Part shown: piece after piece, positions 18,177-26,506 of the stretch
How the letters are laid out: each line of letters begins with the position of its first letter
Numbering within the stretch: the stretch's first letter is position 1
Source: an uncultured virus (IMG/VR IMGVR_UViG_3300017991_000074)
Lineage: Duplodnaviria > Heunggongvirae > Uroviricota > Caudoviricetes
Length of the DNA: 37,083 nucleotides
IMG/VR virus record: IMGVR_UViG_3300017991_000074
Reading direction: 5' to 3' (one strand)
Translations under genes and position numbers: made by a program
Notes under the pieces: generated by a model
Told to the model about the DNA's origin: nothing
The model's input: the letters and a program-made list of their open reading frames with translations, nothing else
The model's database searches: none

Positions 18177-18521
18177 ATGTCAGCGACAGCGAAGAAGACG
18201 ATGGTCACCGTTACCAAGCAGTTCGCAGAGGGCAAGAGGCAGGGTCCCGAGGAGGAGAGCGTCGAGGGGATCGACGTGAGGATCTTCGAGACCGAGAACG
18301 TGTCGAGCATCAGCGTCAAGCTCGGGCTGACGGTCAACCTGGGCAACTACGAGTCCTGCCGAGCCGACGTCATGGTCACGGTCCCTCACTACGAGGAGGA
18401 GCGAGACGACGCCTTCCTCTATGCGCTCGGGCATTGCGAGAGGAAGCTCCAGGCGGTCGTCGGGGACAAGTCTGAGGCCAAGGCCCTGGTCGACCGAGCT
18501 CGGAAGGCGATGAAGGGATGA
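18177..18521 (+). CDS. Hypothetical phage protein
   Basis: AGGAGG SD; LGLTVNLGNYESCRADV motif; strong GC3 bias. Confidence 0.75.
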   Translation: MSATAKKTMVTVTKQFAEGKRQGPEEESVEGIDVRIFETENVSSISVKLGLTVNLGNYESCRADVMVTVPHYEEERDDAFLYALGHCERKLQAVVGDKSEAKALVDRARKAMKG

Positions 18522-19738
18522 GCAGGAAGAAGGCCGAGAAAAAGGCCTTGAAGAAGTCCCCGGGCCTGACGTCGTTGATCAAGTCGATCAATGACCAATA
18601 TGGCCCGGGGACCATCATGCGTGCCGGCGAAGCTCCGTCGCTCGTATTGGATCGCATTTCAACGGGCATCTTTTCGCTCGACATAGGGATCGGGGGAGGT
18701 TGGCCTCGAGGAAGGATTTCGGTGCTCAAGGGGGCCTTTTCTGCCGGCAAGAGCGTGGTCTCCTATCTGGGTGCTGCGAACGCTCAGCGGTGTGATCGAT
18801 TCACTGGGAAGCCGTTTCTGGTGAAGGGCTTGGACGGCTCCATGCGGGAGGTGGATTTCGGCGCGAAGGGTCGGGAGCCGGTTCCCATGAGAGTGGTGGT
18901 CTTCGACGCTGAGAGGAGTTTCGATTCAAGCTGGGCTGCGAAGTGGGGCATCAACGTCAAGGACGTCTTCGTCATCCAGGCGGAGTACGCGGAGCAGGGT
19001 ATCGATGTAGCCGATGCCTGTATCCGATCCGGAGAGTGCGACTTCTTGATCGTGGATAGCGTGGCAGCGCTGACTCCGTCAGTGGAGATCGAGGAGAGTA
19101 CTGAGAAATGGCAGGTCGGAGTTTCGGCTCGGCTGATGAACAAGGCGCTTCGGAAGTGGACCTCGGGACTCAACGCCGGAGGCCTACTGGCGGAGACAAA
19201 GTGCACCATGCTCCTGATCAATCAGATGCGCATGGATCTCAGCGGATTCAAGCCGAGGCTCACTTCCCCAGGGGGGAAGGGGCTTGATCATTACGAGTCG
19301 ATTGAGGTTCGGTTTCATCCGAAGGGGATAGTGATGGACCCGATTACTGAGCGACCTGCTGGATCAGAGGTCGAGTTCTATCTGAGGAAGAACAAGACTG
19401 CGCCGATGTCCAACGGTGGTGAGTTTCAGTTGTTCTACACCAACTGCCAGGCTCTCAATCAGATGGTGGGGACCACGGATCAGGAGACGCAGGTCATTCG
19501 GATGGCGGCGTTCTGGAAGCTGATCGAGAAGTCGGGAGGGTGGTTCAGGCTGGCTGGAGCGGAGAAGAAGTTCCACGGGATGAATCGTTTCGTGGAGTTT
19601 ATTCGAGAGAATCCGAAGACGCTCGAGAGCTTGGCGGCGAAGGTGCGTCAGCAGGAGCTCAACTGGCTGGAGTCGGGCGAGGTCCCCGAGGGATTCAGTG
19701 ATGCCGAAGCCGAAGCCGAAGAGGGAGACTCCGAGTAA
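18518..19738 (+). CDS. recA: RecA/UvsX-family recombinase
   Basis: STGIFSLDIGIGGG.PRGRI, GAFSAGKS, FDAE, IVDSVAAL.P..EIE, ARLMNKALRK, INQMR and SPGGKGL motifs. Confidence 0.95.
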   Translation: MSRKKAEKKALKKSPGLTSLIKSINDQYGPGTIMRAGEAPSLVLDRISTGIFSLDIGIGGGWPRGRISVLKGAFSAGKSVVSYLGAANAQRCDRFTGKPFLVKGLDGSMREVDFGAKGREPVPMRVVVFDAERSFDSSWAAKWGINVKDVFVIQAEYAEQGIDVADACIRSGECDFLIVDSVAALTPSVEIEESTEKWQVGVSARLMNKALRKWTSGLNAGGLLAETKCTMLLINQMRMDLSGFKPRLTSPGGKGLDHYESIEVRFHPKGIVMDPITERPAGSEVEFYLRKNKTAPMSNGGEFQLFYTNCQALNQMVGTTDQETQVIRMAAFWKLIEKSGGWFRLAGAEKKFHGMNRFVEFIRENPKTLESLAAKVRQQELNWLESGEVPEGFSDAEAEAEEGDSE

Positions 19739-20096
19739 GCCCCGTCCAAGAATGTGGGACGAGGATGATCGGAGTCCGAAGAAGAAGTCGCAGGACAACG
19801 AGAAGCGTTTGTCAAGGTCCATCGGCTTTGTGTGCACGCCTGGTTCTGGGAACCAGGGCTGGCCTGGAGCGAAGGGGGACGGGTCGCATCCTCGGTTCAT
19901 GTTCGAGTGCAAGGAGACGAAGCATGCCTCGATTCGGGTGGCGGCTCGAGACATCGCGAAGCTGGTCCGAGAAGCTGCCGTGGTAGGGAAGGAGCCTGCC
20001 CTGGTGATGAGTGCCTACGGGCTCCCTGACGGGCTGCCGAAGGATTGGGTGGCAGTTCCGGCCGAGGTATTTCGATCGATGTTGGAGGAGGAATGA
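19701..20096 (+). CDS. PD-(D/E)XK endonuclease, putative Hjc-type Holliday junction resolvase
   Basis: E...PGSG...KGD...FECKET; start uncertain (19701 or 19752). Confidence 0.7.
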   Translation: MPKPKPKRETPSKPRPRMWDEDDRSPKKKSQDNEKRLSRSIGFVCTPGSGNQGWPGAKGDGSHPRFMFECKETKHASIRVAARDIAKLVREAAVVGKEPALVMSAYGLPDGLPKDWVAVPAEVFRSMLEEE

Positions 20097-20326
20097 AACA
20101 CTACGTCGTAGCCTTGGATGAGAGTGGAAGCCCGATTCAGAACATGCATTTGTTCTATAGCGGAATCGAGCAAGGGCAAGTGACGAAAGACTGGAGCGAG
20201 GCTGTAGAGGTTTGCGGCGGCCAGAATGCACTGCTCGAGAGGGGGCCGATGTGGCTGGGACGACCGATGACTAAGGTTGGAGGGTTTGAGGTTGTCAGCG
20301 AACGGGAGATAGACGATGGGATGTGA
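20093..20326 (+). CDS. Hypothetical protein
   Basis: GGAGGAGG SD; ATGA overlap. Confidence 0.6.
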   Translation: MKHYVVALDESGSPIQNMHLFYSGIEQGQVTKDWSEAVEVCGGQNALLERGPMWLGRPMTKVGGFEVVSEREIDDGM

Positions 20327-20588
20327 GCGAGTTGTCTTCAGGGACAAGGACGGGAAGGTTGTGGGCAGTGGAATTGTTTGCAGCCGAGGTCGGGCTAAGC
20401 GGAAGGAGTGCTGTGTGGCGGGGTGTTTTGATTGGGGGGAGTATCTCTGTGATTACCCCTTGAAGGGGCATAAGGAAGGACAGACTTGCGACCGGCCTTT
20501 GTGTAGGAAGCACGCGAAGCTGATCAAGAATACCGCGGAGGGTGCGATCCACTACTGTCCGGGCCATGTTCGTGCGGAGAAACTGTGA
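20316..20588 (+). CDS. Cys-rich hypothetical protein
   Basis: LCDYP...TCDRPLC..H...YCP.H, putative zinc-binding residues. Confidence 0.65.
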   Translation: MGCERVVFRDKDGKVVGSGIVCSRGRAKRKECCVAGCFDWGEYLCDYPLKGHKEGQTCDRPLCRKHAKLIKNTAEGAIHYCPGHVRAEKL

Positions 20589-21034
20589 TGGAGTTCTCCG
20601 TCAAGACTGAAGCGGATCGCATGATCGAGAGAGGAGCTACGACTAAGCTCATTCGGCATGAGACTCTCGAGGGTGCGGTAGCGCAATTCATCCCTCCAGA
20701 GGTAATAGCAGAGCCCGAGGGGTGGAAGATTGGGGCGGATGATTCTGGGGACGGAAACGAGTATTCTGTCTCGGAGTTCATCGAGCTAATTAGGGTGCAC
20801 CAAACATGCTGGGGCGTGTGTAAGCAGGACGCCAATGAGATTCATTATTGGATCGGCAATTATGCGATCCTGAGCGACGTTGTGTGCCTCTTTGCCCATG
20901 AGTTTGGGCATCTCGAGCCGCATTTGGACGACGAGGAGCTTCGGGCGGAAGCCTTCTGTCGAGTAGCGGTTCGAGCGATGAATGCTGTTCGAGAGACATT
21001 GGGGGATGCGTGGATAAAGGAGCAACTTCGATGA
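20585..21034 (+). CDS. Hypothetical protein with an HEXXH motif (zincin-like)
   Basis: FAHEFGH followed by EE.RAE.F, reminiscent of IrrE/ImmA-type peptidases. Confidence 0.55.
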   Translation: MMEFSVKTEADRMIERGATTKLIRHETLEGAVAQFIPPEVIAEPEGWKIGADDSGDGNEYSVSEFIELIRVHQTCWGVCKQDANEIHYWIGNYAILSDVVCLFAHEFGHLEPHLDDEELRAEAFCRVAVRAMNAVRETLGDAWIKEQLR

Positions 21035-21687
21035 AGACCTACAGGGTGAACGAGATATTTCGGTCCATCCAGGGCGAGGGAACGGGAGCCGGTAGGGTTG
21101 CGACCTTCATTCGATTCAGCGGTTGCAATTTGGATTGCGATTGGTGCGATACGGCCCACAAAACTGGAACCTTGATGACGAAGGACGAGATCTTCGAGGA
21201 GGTTCGTGAGCTCGCACGGTACGGGGAAGAGCCTGAGGATGTTTTGGTGCTGACCGGTGGAGAGCCGCTTCTTCAGGTCGATGGAGAGTTGTTGACCGAG
21301 TTGTTGCGATTTGATTCGGTGTGCATCGAGACCAATGGAACGCTACCGCTTCCAGAGGTGGGGGAGGAGGTAGCGGGTATGGTGGATGAGAAGCTGTGGG
21401 TGACTTGGTCTCCGAAGGACCTAGAGAGCTACAAGGATACGCCTTTGACCTGGGTTGACGAGGTCAAGGTGGTGGTGCCGGGCCACGGTTGGACCAAGGA
21501 GAAGCTGTCGGAGCTGGCGAAGTGGGTGCTCGGTGAGGGTATTGAGGGGGAGTATCCTGAGGCTTGGTTGGTGCTTCAGCCTGAGGCTGGAGCGTTGGGA
21601 GCGGCCGACGCAGTGGTGGAAGCCGCACTGGAGAATTCGAGGTGGCTGGTGGGGATTCAGATGCACAAGGTTCTGGGCCTTCGATGA
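21031..21687 (+). CDS. queE: 7-carboxy-7-deazaguanine synthase (radical SAM)
   Basis: VNEIFRSIQGEG...G....FIRFSGCNLDCDWCDT, LTGGEPLLQ, IETNGT, SPK, LQPE and QMHK.LG motifs. Confidence 0.93.
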   Translation: MKTYRVNEIFRSIQGEGTGAGRVATFIRFSGCNLDCDWCDTAHKTGTLMTKDEIFEEVRELARYGEEPEDVLVLTGGEPLLQVDGELLTELLRFDSVCIETNGTLPLPEVGEEVAGMVDEKLWVTWSPKDLESYKDTPLTWVDEVKVVVPGHGWTKEKLSELAKWVLGEGIEGEYPEAWLVLQPEAGALGAADAVVEAALENSRWLVGIQMHKVLGLR

Positions 21688-22037
21688 TCGAGCTCAAAGA
21701 GATTCGAGAGTGGCCGCTGAAGAAGAGATTGACGCGGCTTCGAGAGCTCGGGCGGAACATTGAGGAGAAGTGGAACCAGGAGCAGGTTCCAAATAACGCT
21801 CTCCTGGATGAAGCCGTGGTCATCTGGCTTGAGATCATGAGGACAGCGTTCCCCGAGGCATCTCCCCTAGACAAGCTTCAGGATCTGGTTGATGTATACC
21901 GAGAACCGTTTCCGCCTTTTGGATTGATGAGTCTTCGATTCATGGAGACGAAGGAGTTGATTGAGCGGTTCAAGGGGGCGGACAGAGTGGAGCGACAACG
22001 GCTTCGACCAACGATGATGGCGAGAGGGATGCTGTAA
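21684..22037 (+). CDS. Hypothetical protein
   Basis: ATGA overlap with queE; 117 aa. Confidence 0.6.
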   Translation: MIELKEIREWPLKKRLTRLRELGRNIEEKWNQEQVPNNALLDEAVVIWLEIMRTAFPEASPLDKLQDLVDVYREPFPPFGLMSLRFMETKELIERFKGADRVERQRLRPTMMARGML

Positions 22038-22075
22038 AGGTATTTCTTTACAAACCCCAATGACTTCCATATAAT
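22037..22075 (+). promoter_or_regulatory. Sigma70-type promoter
   Basis: TTTACA (22047-52), 17-nt spacer, TATAAT (22070-75), in an AT-rich gap. Confidence 0.8.
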
Positions 22076-22138
22076 CATAATAATCATGGTGGTTTATACC
22101 CCATCAAACACAGCAGCAGTCAACACACAGCAGGAGAC

Positions 22139-22846
22139 ATGGTTGAAGACATGGAGAGGGATAGGACCCGCCGCACATACCTAGAGCGAGCGGAAGAAGA
22201 AGCCAAGAGGATCTGTGAGTCCAAGGCCGCCGGCAGTCCAGGAGGGACGTGCTGGAACGGTGAGGGGACGGTTCGTCGGAAGCAGCCGTGGCTGATGGGA
22301 GAGGGATTGGGCATGTCATTGCCGAGCTTCCCGTCAGACAAGGCGACCTGTAGGGGGAGGCCTGTTCTTGGTGACGGGGAGATTTCAGACCACCGAACCC
22401 CGAGGAAGAAGTCGAAGAAGGTGCGACGGAAGCGAAGCAAGAGGGAGACGGCGATACTATCCTACTTCGGTCGCAAAAAGCTGGAGTCAGAGGGCAAGTA
22501 CCTGATTGGACAGCGCGTCTACCATGTTCCGTGGCCCAAAAAGAAGTGGTGGGAGCGGATGCAGGCGGCCGGTGGGATGCCTCACGGAGTGGACGTTGCC
22601 CACACAGAGTTCGGCGATTTGGTCCTGGTGCCGGTCAACGAGACATATGACATGGTGGAGGCCTTGACCGAGGGGAAGGTCGATCCCTTGGCCCCAGAGA
22701 AGCCCTTGGTGGATCGCGAGGGCAGGTCCTTTTGGATTCCGCTCGAGCTCAAGGAGAGGGTGGCGAGGATTTTCGGTGCCATTCGGTGGCGATCGCCGTT
22801 GATGCTGGCAGAGGTCGAGCAGTTTGGTGTAAGGTTGTCGGGCTAG
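22139..22846 (+). CDS. Hypothetical protein
   Basis: First ORF after the promoter, with AGGAG SD; basic central patch. Confidence 0.6.
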   Translation: MVEDMERDRTRRTYLERAEEEAKRICESKAAGSPGGTCWNGEGTVRRKQPWLMGEGLGMSLPSFPSDKATCRGRPVLGDGEISDHRTPRKKSKKVRRKRSKRETAILSYFGRKKLESEGKYLIGQRVYHVPWPKKKWWERMQAAGGMPHGVDVAHTEFGDLVLVPVNETYDMVEALTEGKVDPLAPEKPLVDREGRSFWIPLELKERVARIFGAIRWRSPLMLAEVEQFGVRLSG

Positions 22847-22879
22847 ACACGGCATAGACATAGAAGGAAGCACGGTAGC

Positions 22880-23803
22880 ATGAACATCCAACAGATCAAG
22901 CCGGCTGGATTGGACGGACGGGTACCACCGGGCCCGGTCCTCGGTGAAGAGAAGATCGACGGTCACCGCGCCCTGTTTCATTTTGGGCACGGGCTTGACC
23001 GAGGGTACATGACAGGTCGTCGCGTCTCGAAACAAACCGGGTTGTACACCGAGAAGGGTGAGTGCGTACCGCACATCTTGAACCAGGCCATGCGACTGGT
23101 TCAGAAGAGGTGCGGCTACACCGTGCTGGATGGAGAGCTGGTCCTATCGGGGATGAATTTCGAGTCGATCCAGAGCGTGATGGGTTCCTCTTCTCAGCGC
23201 GCAGTGGATTGGCAGTGCGCCAATCAATTGATGGAGTACGTGGTTTTCGACGTATTGTTTTGGAACGGGATCGATATCCGAACGAAGCCACGAGAGGCTC
23301 GATTCATGGTGGCTCGAGCCATCGTTGGGAAGCTGAGGTCGCCGTACATTCGGTTGGTGGAGCAGAGAAGGCTCGAGTGTCGGGAGGATCGAGTCCAAAT
23401 GTTTGACGAGGTCACGGCTGCTGGAGGAGAGGGCATCGTGATCAAGACAATCAACGGCAAGTACGGTTTCGGTCAGCGTCGGTTGAAGGTGGAGAAGACC
23501 TTTGACGTAGTGATCACAGGCTTTACCGATGCGAAGGAAGGTAAGACTGGCAAGTTCAAAGGGCTCATCGGAGCGGTTCGATTCGGGGCTTATCGAGACG
23601 GAAAGATGGTGGAGCTTGGCAAGTGCTCCGGGATGAGCGACACTCTTCGCCGTCGATTTTCGAGCGCGAAGAAGGAGTTCCTCGGTCAAGTGATCGAGGT
23701 GAAGTGCAATGGGATAACGCGGCATGGCCGATTGCGCCATCCGCAGTTCAAGCGATTCCGGCCTGACAAAGCGTCGGAGGAGTGTTTGGCACCGGCTACT
23801 TAG
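22880..23803 (+). CDS. ATP-dependent DNA ligase (compact)
   Basis: EEKIDGHR (adenylated Lys), LDGEL, VFDVL, EGIVIK and LRHPQFKRFRPDK motifs. Confidence 0.93.
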   Translation: MNIQQIKPAGLDGRVPPGPVLGEEKIDGHRALFHFGHGLDRGYMTGRRVSKQTGLYTEKGECVPHILNQAMRLVQKRCGYTVLDGELVLSGMNFESIQSVMGSSSQRAVDWQCANQLMEYVVFDVLFWNGIDIRTKPREARFMVARAIVGKLRSPYIRLVEQRRLECREDRVQMFDEVTAAGGEGIVIKTINGKYGFGQRRLKVEKTFDVVITGFTDAKEGKTGKFKGLIGAVRFGAYRDGKMVELGKCSGMSDTLRRRFSSAKKEFLGQVIEVKCNGITRHGRLRHPQFKRFRPDKASEECLAPAT

Positions 23804-23817
23804 ATAAAGGAGAAGAC

Positions 23818-24900
23818 ATGCCTGAGTTTCAGACAATCAAGATCGACAAGGTCGACGTGATGGACATGCAGACGAGGTCGAACCTCGGCGACCTGACGGA
23901 TCTGACGGCCAGCATCGCGGCCAGGGGGGTGCAGGAGCCCGTTCTGGTCAAGGCGCTGGACTCCGGGAGGTTCGAGCTGTTCGCCGGCCAGCGGCGGCTC
24001 GAGTCGTCCAAGAAGGCAGGGTTGACGGACATCCCGGCCCTGGTGCATCCCCGGCGCAAGGTGACGCGCCAGATGATGCTCGAGCTCAACATGGTCGAGA
24101 ACGTGCAGCGCGACGACCTCAACGCCATCGACGAGGCGAAGGGTTTCGAGAAGCTGCAGACCGAGTTTGGCCTGAGCGATGACGAGGTGTGCTCCCGTCT
24201 GGGCATCAAGAAGAAGCGGCTGAAGGACCGCAAGCGGCTGCTCAAGATGGCGGATGTGGTGCAGGAGGCGATCCTGAACTGTCGCATCACGCTCAAGGCG
24301 GCCTTCGAGATCGATCGACTGCCCAAGGACCGACAGGGCAAGTTCGTCCGGATCGCCGAGGAGCTCAAGGGGGGCCGGCTGACCAAGATGGTCGACAAGG
24401 AGCTGGAGAAGATCGAGAACAAGGCGGGGGCCAAGGACAAAAAGCCACCGCCGGACAAGGACAAGGCGGCGGTCACCGAGATGATCCGGACCCTGCGCAA
24501 GGCGGGACAGGTAGCATGCAACGGCCTCGGCTACGACGACATGAAGAAGCAGCGGGTCAAGGAGGTCAACTTCCGGCTTCTCGAGATGGACGACCTGAAG
24601 GTGGTCACGCAGTTCGTCGACGACATCGCTGACCAGGTGCCGGATGACGTGGACTGCAACGAGAAGGCCGAGGCCGAGATCGTGGCGGCCGTGGAGGGAC
24701 CGAGGGCTCTGAACGTGGAGTGGCCAACGGTCCGCGCCGGTCTGGTGGACATGGTGATGCGTCGGGCAAGGGAGAAGGCCTTCGATAACGCGAGTGGCAG
24801 CGGGAAGCGCCCCAAGATCACCTTCGCCGTGGCCAAGGAGATCATCGACGAGTTCTTCGAGGAGGTGACGGAAGAGGAGGAGACCCCGTCCGCCGAGTAG
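23818..24900 (+). CDS. ParB/RepB/Spo0J-family protein
   Basis: L.ASI...GV.EPVLV, AGQRRL, ENVQRDDLNAIDEA and an HTH; AAGGAG SD before ATG 23818. Confidence 0.9.
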   Translation: MPEFQTIKIDKVDVMDMQTRSNLGDLTDLTASIAARGVQEPVLVKALDSGRFELFAGQRRLESSKKAGLTDIPALVHPRRKVTRQMMLELNMVENVQRDDLNAIDEAKGFEKLQTEFGLSDDEVCSRLGIKKKRLKDRKRLLKMADVVQEAILNCRITLKAAFEIDRLPKDRQGKFVRIAEELKGGRLTKMVDKELEKIENKAGAKDKKPPPDKDKAAVTEMIRTLRKAGQVACNGLGYDDMKKQRVKEVNFRLLEMDDLKVVTQFVDDIADQVPDDVDCNEKAEAEIVAAVEGPRALNVEWPTVRAGLVDMVMRRAREKAFDNASGSGKRPKITFAVAKEIIDEFFEEVTEEEETPSAE

Positions 24901-24983
24901 TCTTTCCGTCGACGACACAGCTTTGACGAACTGAGCTGAGTGGAGAACGGGTCTTGCTCAAGCCTTAGTTCAGGAGGATAGAC

Positions 24984-26180
24984 ATGTCTCTAGTGCACCA
25001 CGACAACAGGCCCTATGCCGAGGCTGCAGGTGATGCAGCGGCTCGAGCAAAGGACCATCTCGCCGCGCTGATCGAGAACGGGAAGCAGTCGGCTACCTCG
25101 GTGATCGAGAAGGTCATGACAGAGGTTCCCGTCGACCGGATCGTCAGGGGAAAGGCCCTCCGCTTCGACGGAAACATCGAGAAGCGGAACGAAGGGCTTC
25201 CGGCGGGAATCCTTGCAGCCTTTCCCGAATCCAATGGGGAGGAGCAGCGGTCGGAGTTCCCGCTCATCAACCAGACCCTGGCGGACACGCACAAGCTGGG
25301 CATCCACAAGCACGCCCTCTCCCAGGTCTGCCAGCGGGTGGGGTTCCCCTGGAAGTACGCTCAGGCTCTGCGCGAGGTGGAGCTGGAGACCTGGGGCCTT
25401 CCGCTGCTGGCCCACAACCTGAATGAGCTCTACGCTCGAAAGGGGGGACGGTTTCTTCTTCGGAGCCATGACCAGGAGCTCCGTGGATTCCTGAGCGACC
25501 GCTACCGACGCCTAGACTCGAGGCCACTGGTGGAGGCCTTTGCCGGGGCCTGTGAGAAGGTCGGGGCGGTTCCGGTCCAGGGCTACGTCACCGATACCAA
25601 GGTGGCGCTCAAGGCGATGCTTCCGATGGTCTTCGAGCCGGCGCCGAATGAGGTGGTCGCCTTCTATGTCTACTGGGGCAACTCCGACTACGGCAACGGC
25701 GCGCACGAGCTGAAGGTGGGCATCCTCCGCCTTTGGTGCACCAACTACGCCATCATGGACGATGTTCTGCGCCAGGTGCATCTCGGCAAGAGACTGACCG
25801 AGAACATCTCGTGGAGCCAGAAGACCTACGAGCTCGACACCAAGGCCATGGCGTCGGCGATCGAGGACATCGTCTCACAGAGCTTGAACGCGGATCGCAC
25901 CACGGAGCTCTGCGACGCCATCAGGGTGGCCCACGAGGAGAAGATCGACCCGAGGAAGGCGATCGCCCGGCTCAAGAAGGACCTGACCAAGGGGGAGGCG
26001 GCCGACGTGGTCGAGGCCTTCAACTCCCCAGATGTAGAGAATCTCCCCCCAGGGAACACGGTGTGGAGGATGTCCAACGCCATTTCTTGGGTGGCGGGCA
26101 AGACAGAGGACACCGAACGCAAGTTGGATCTGATGAAGGTGGCGGGCAAGGCCATGTCTTGGATTCAGCGAGCGGCCTGA
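24984..26180 (+). CDS. DUF932-like phage/plasmid protein
   Basis: RGFLSDRYRRLD, NSDYGNG, LRLWCTN, RQVHLG and TVW..SNAIS motifs. Confidence 0.7.
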   Translation: MSLVHHDNRPYAEAAGDAAARAKDHLAALIENGKQSATSVIEKVMTEVPVDRIVRGKALRFDGNIEKRNEGLPAGILAAFPESNGEEQRSEFPLINQTLADTHKLGIHKHALSQVCQRVGFPWKYAQALREVELETWGLPLLAHNLNELYARKGGRFLLRSHDQELRGFLSDRYRRLDSRPLVEAFAGACEKVGAVPVQGYVTDTKVALKAMLPMVFEPAPNEVVAFYVYWGNSDYGNGAHELKVGILRLWCTNYAIMDDVLRQVHLGKRLTENISWSQKTYELDTKAMASAIEDIVSQSLNADRTTELCDAIRVAHEEKIDPRKAIARLKKDLTKGEAADVVEAFNSPDVENLPPGNTVWRMSNAISWVAGKTEDTERKLDLMKVAGKAMSWIQRAA

Positions 26181-26199
26181 GGTACGGTTGTAGTTGGTT

Positions 26200-26311
26200 G
26201 GACCATGAGACCTGTCTACTTCCCCCGGACGAGGTCAAGGCAGCGTCGCTGCACTAGGTTTGGTCGCCATGGGTGCCGCGATGAACGTCGGTTCGAATCC
26301 GACCATGGTCC
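26200..26311 (+). ncRNA. tRNA-like element (acceptor stem + T-arm; non-canonical D and anticodon arms)
   Basis: GGACCATG (26200-07) pairs with CATGGTCC (26304-11); perfect T-arm GTCGG-TTCGAAT-CCGAC (26287-26303). Confidence 0.65.
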
Positions 26312-26313
26312 CT

Positions 26314-26481
26314 GCGGTAGAGCTGGTGACGCAGCTCATCTCTCCCGAGGAGCTAGTCCCACATCCGGGTCGTCACAACTCGGAGAAAGCACGCCCGGCG
26401 GATACCCGGGAGGTTTGGTTCAGGGGATGATCGACGGTGGCGTCCAGCCTTCGTGGTGTAAGGTTTCTCGGGAGAGGCCGC
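26314..26481 (+). ncRNA. Candidate multi-stem structured RNA
   Basis: A 15-bp stem (26340-54 with 26462-76) encloses several hairpins; strand inferred from neighbouring genes. Confidence 0.5.
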
Positions 26482-26506
26482 TCCTATTTAGATTTAGGAT
26501 TGAGAC

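Noticed and set aside
19703..19721. GCCGAA x3 micro-repeat in the recA/resolvase overlap
   Set aside because: Encodes low-complexity AEAEAE/PKPKPK; no evidence of a further role.
23800..24918. 372-aa minus-strand ORF
   Set aside because: Antisense shadow of parB, explained by strong GC3 bias; no motifs.
26200..26481. tmRNA, tRNA-Sec or a canonical tRNA call
   Set aside because: No G3:U70 pair or tag ORF; no UCA anticodon or any canonical anticodon loop; GCAGC-GTC-GCTGC gives only a 3-nt loop.
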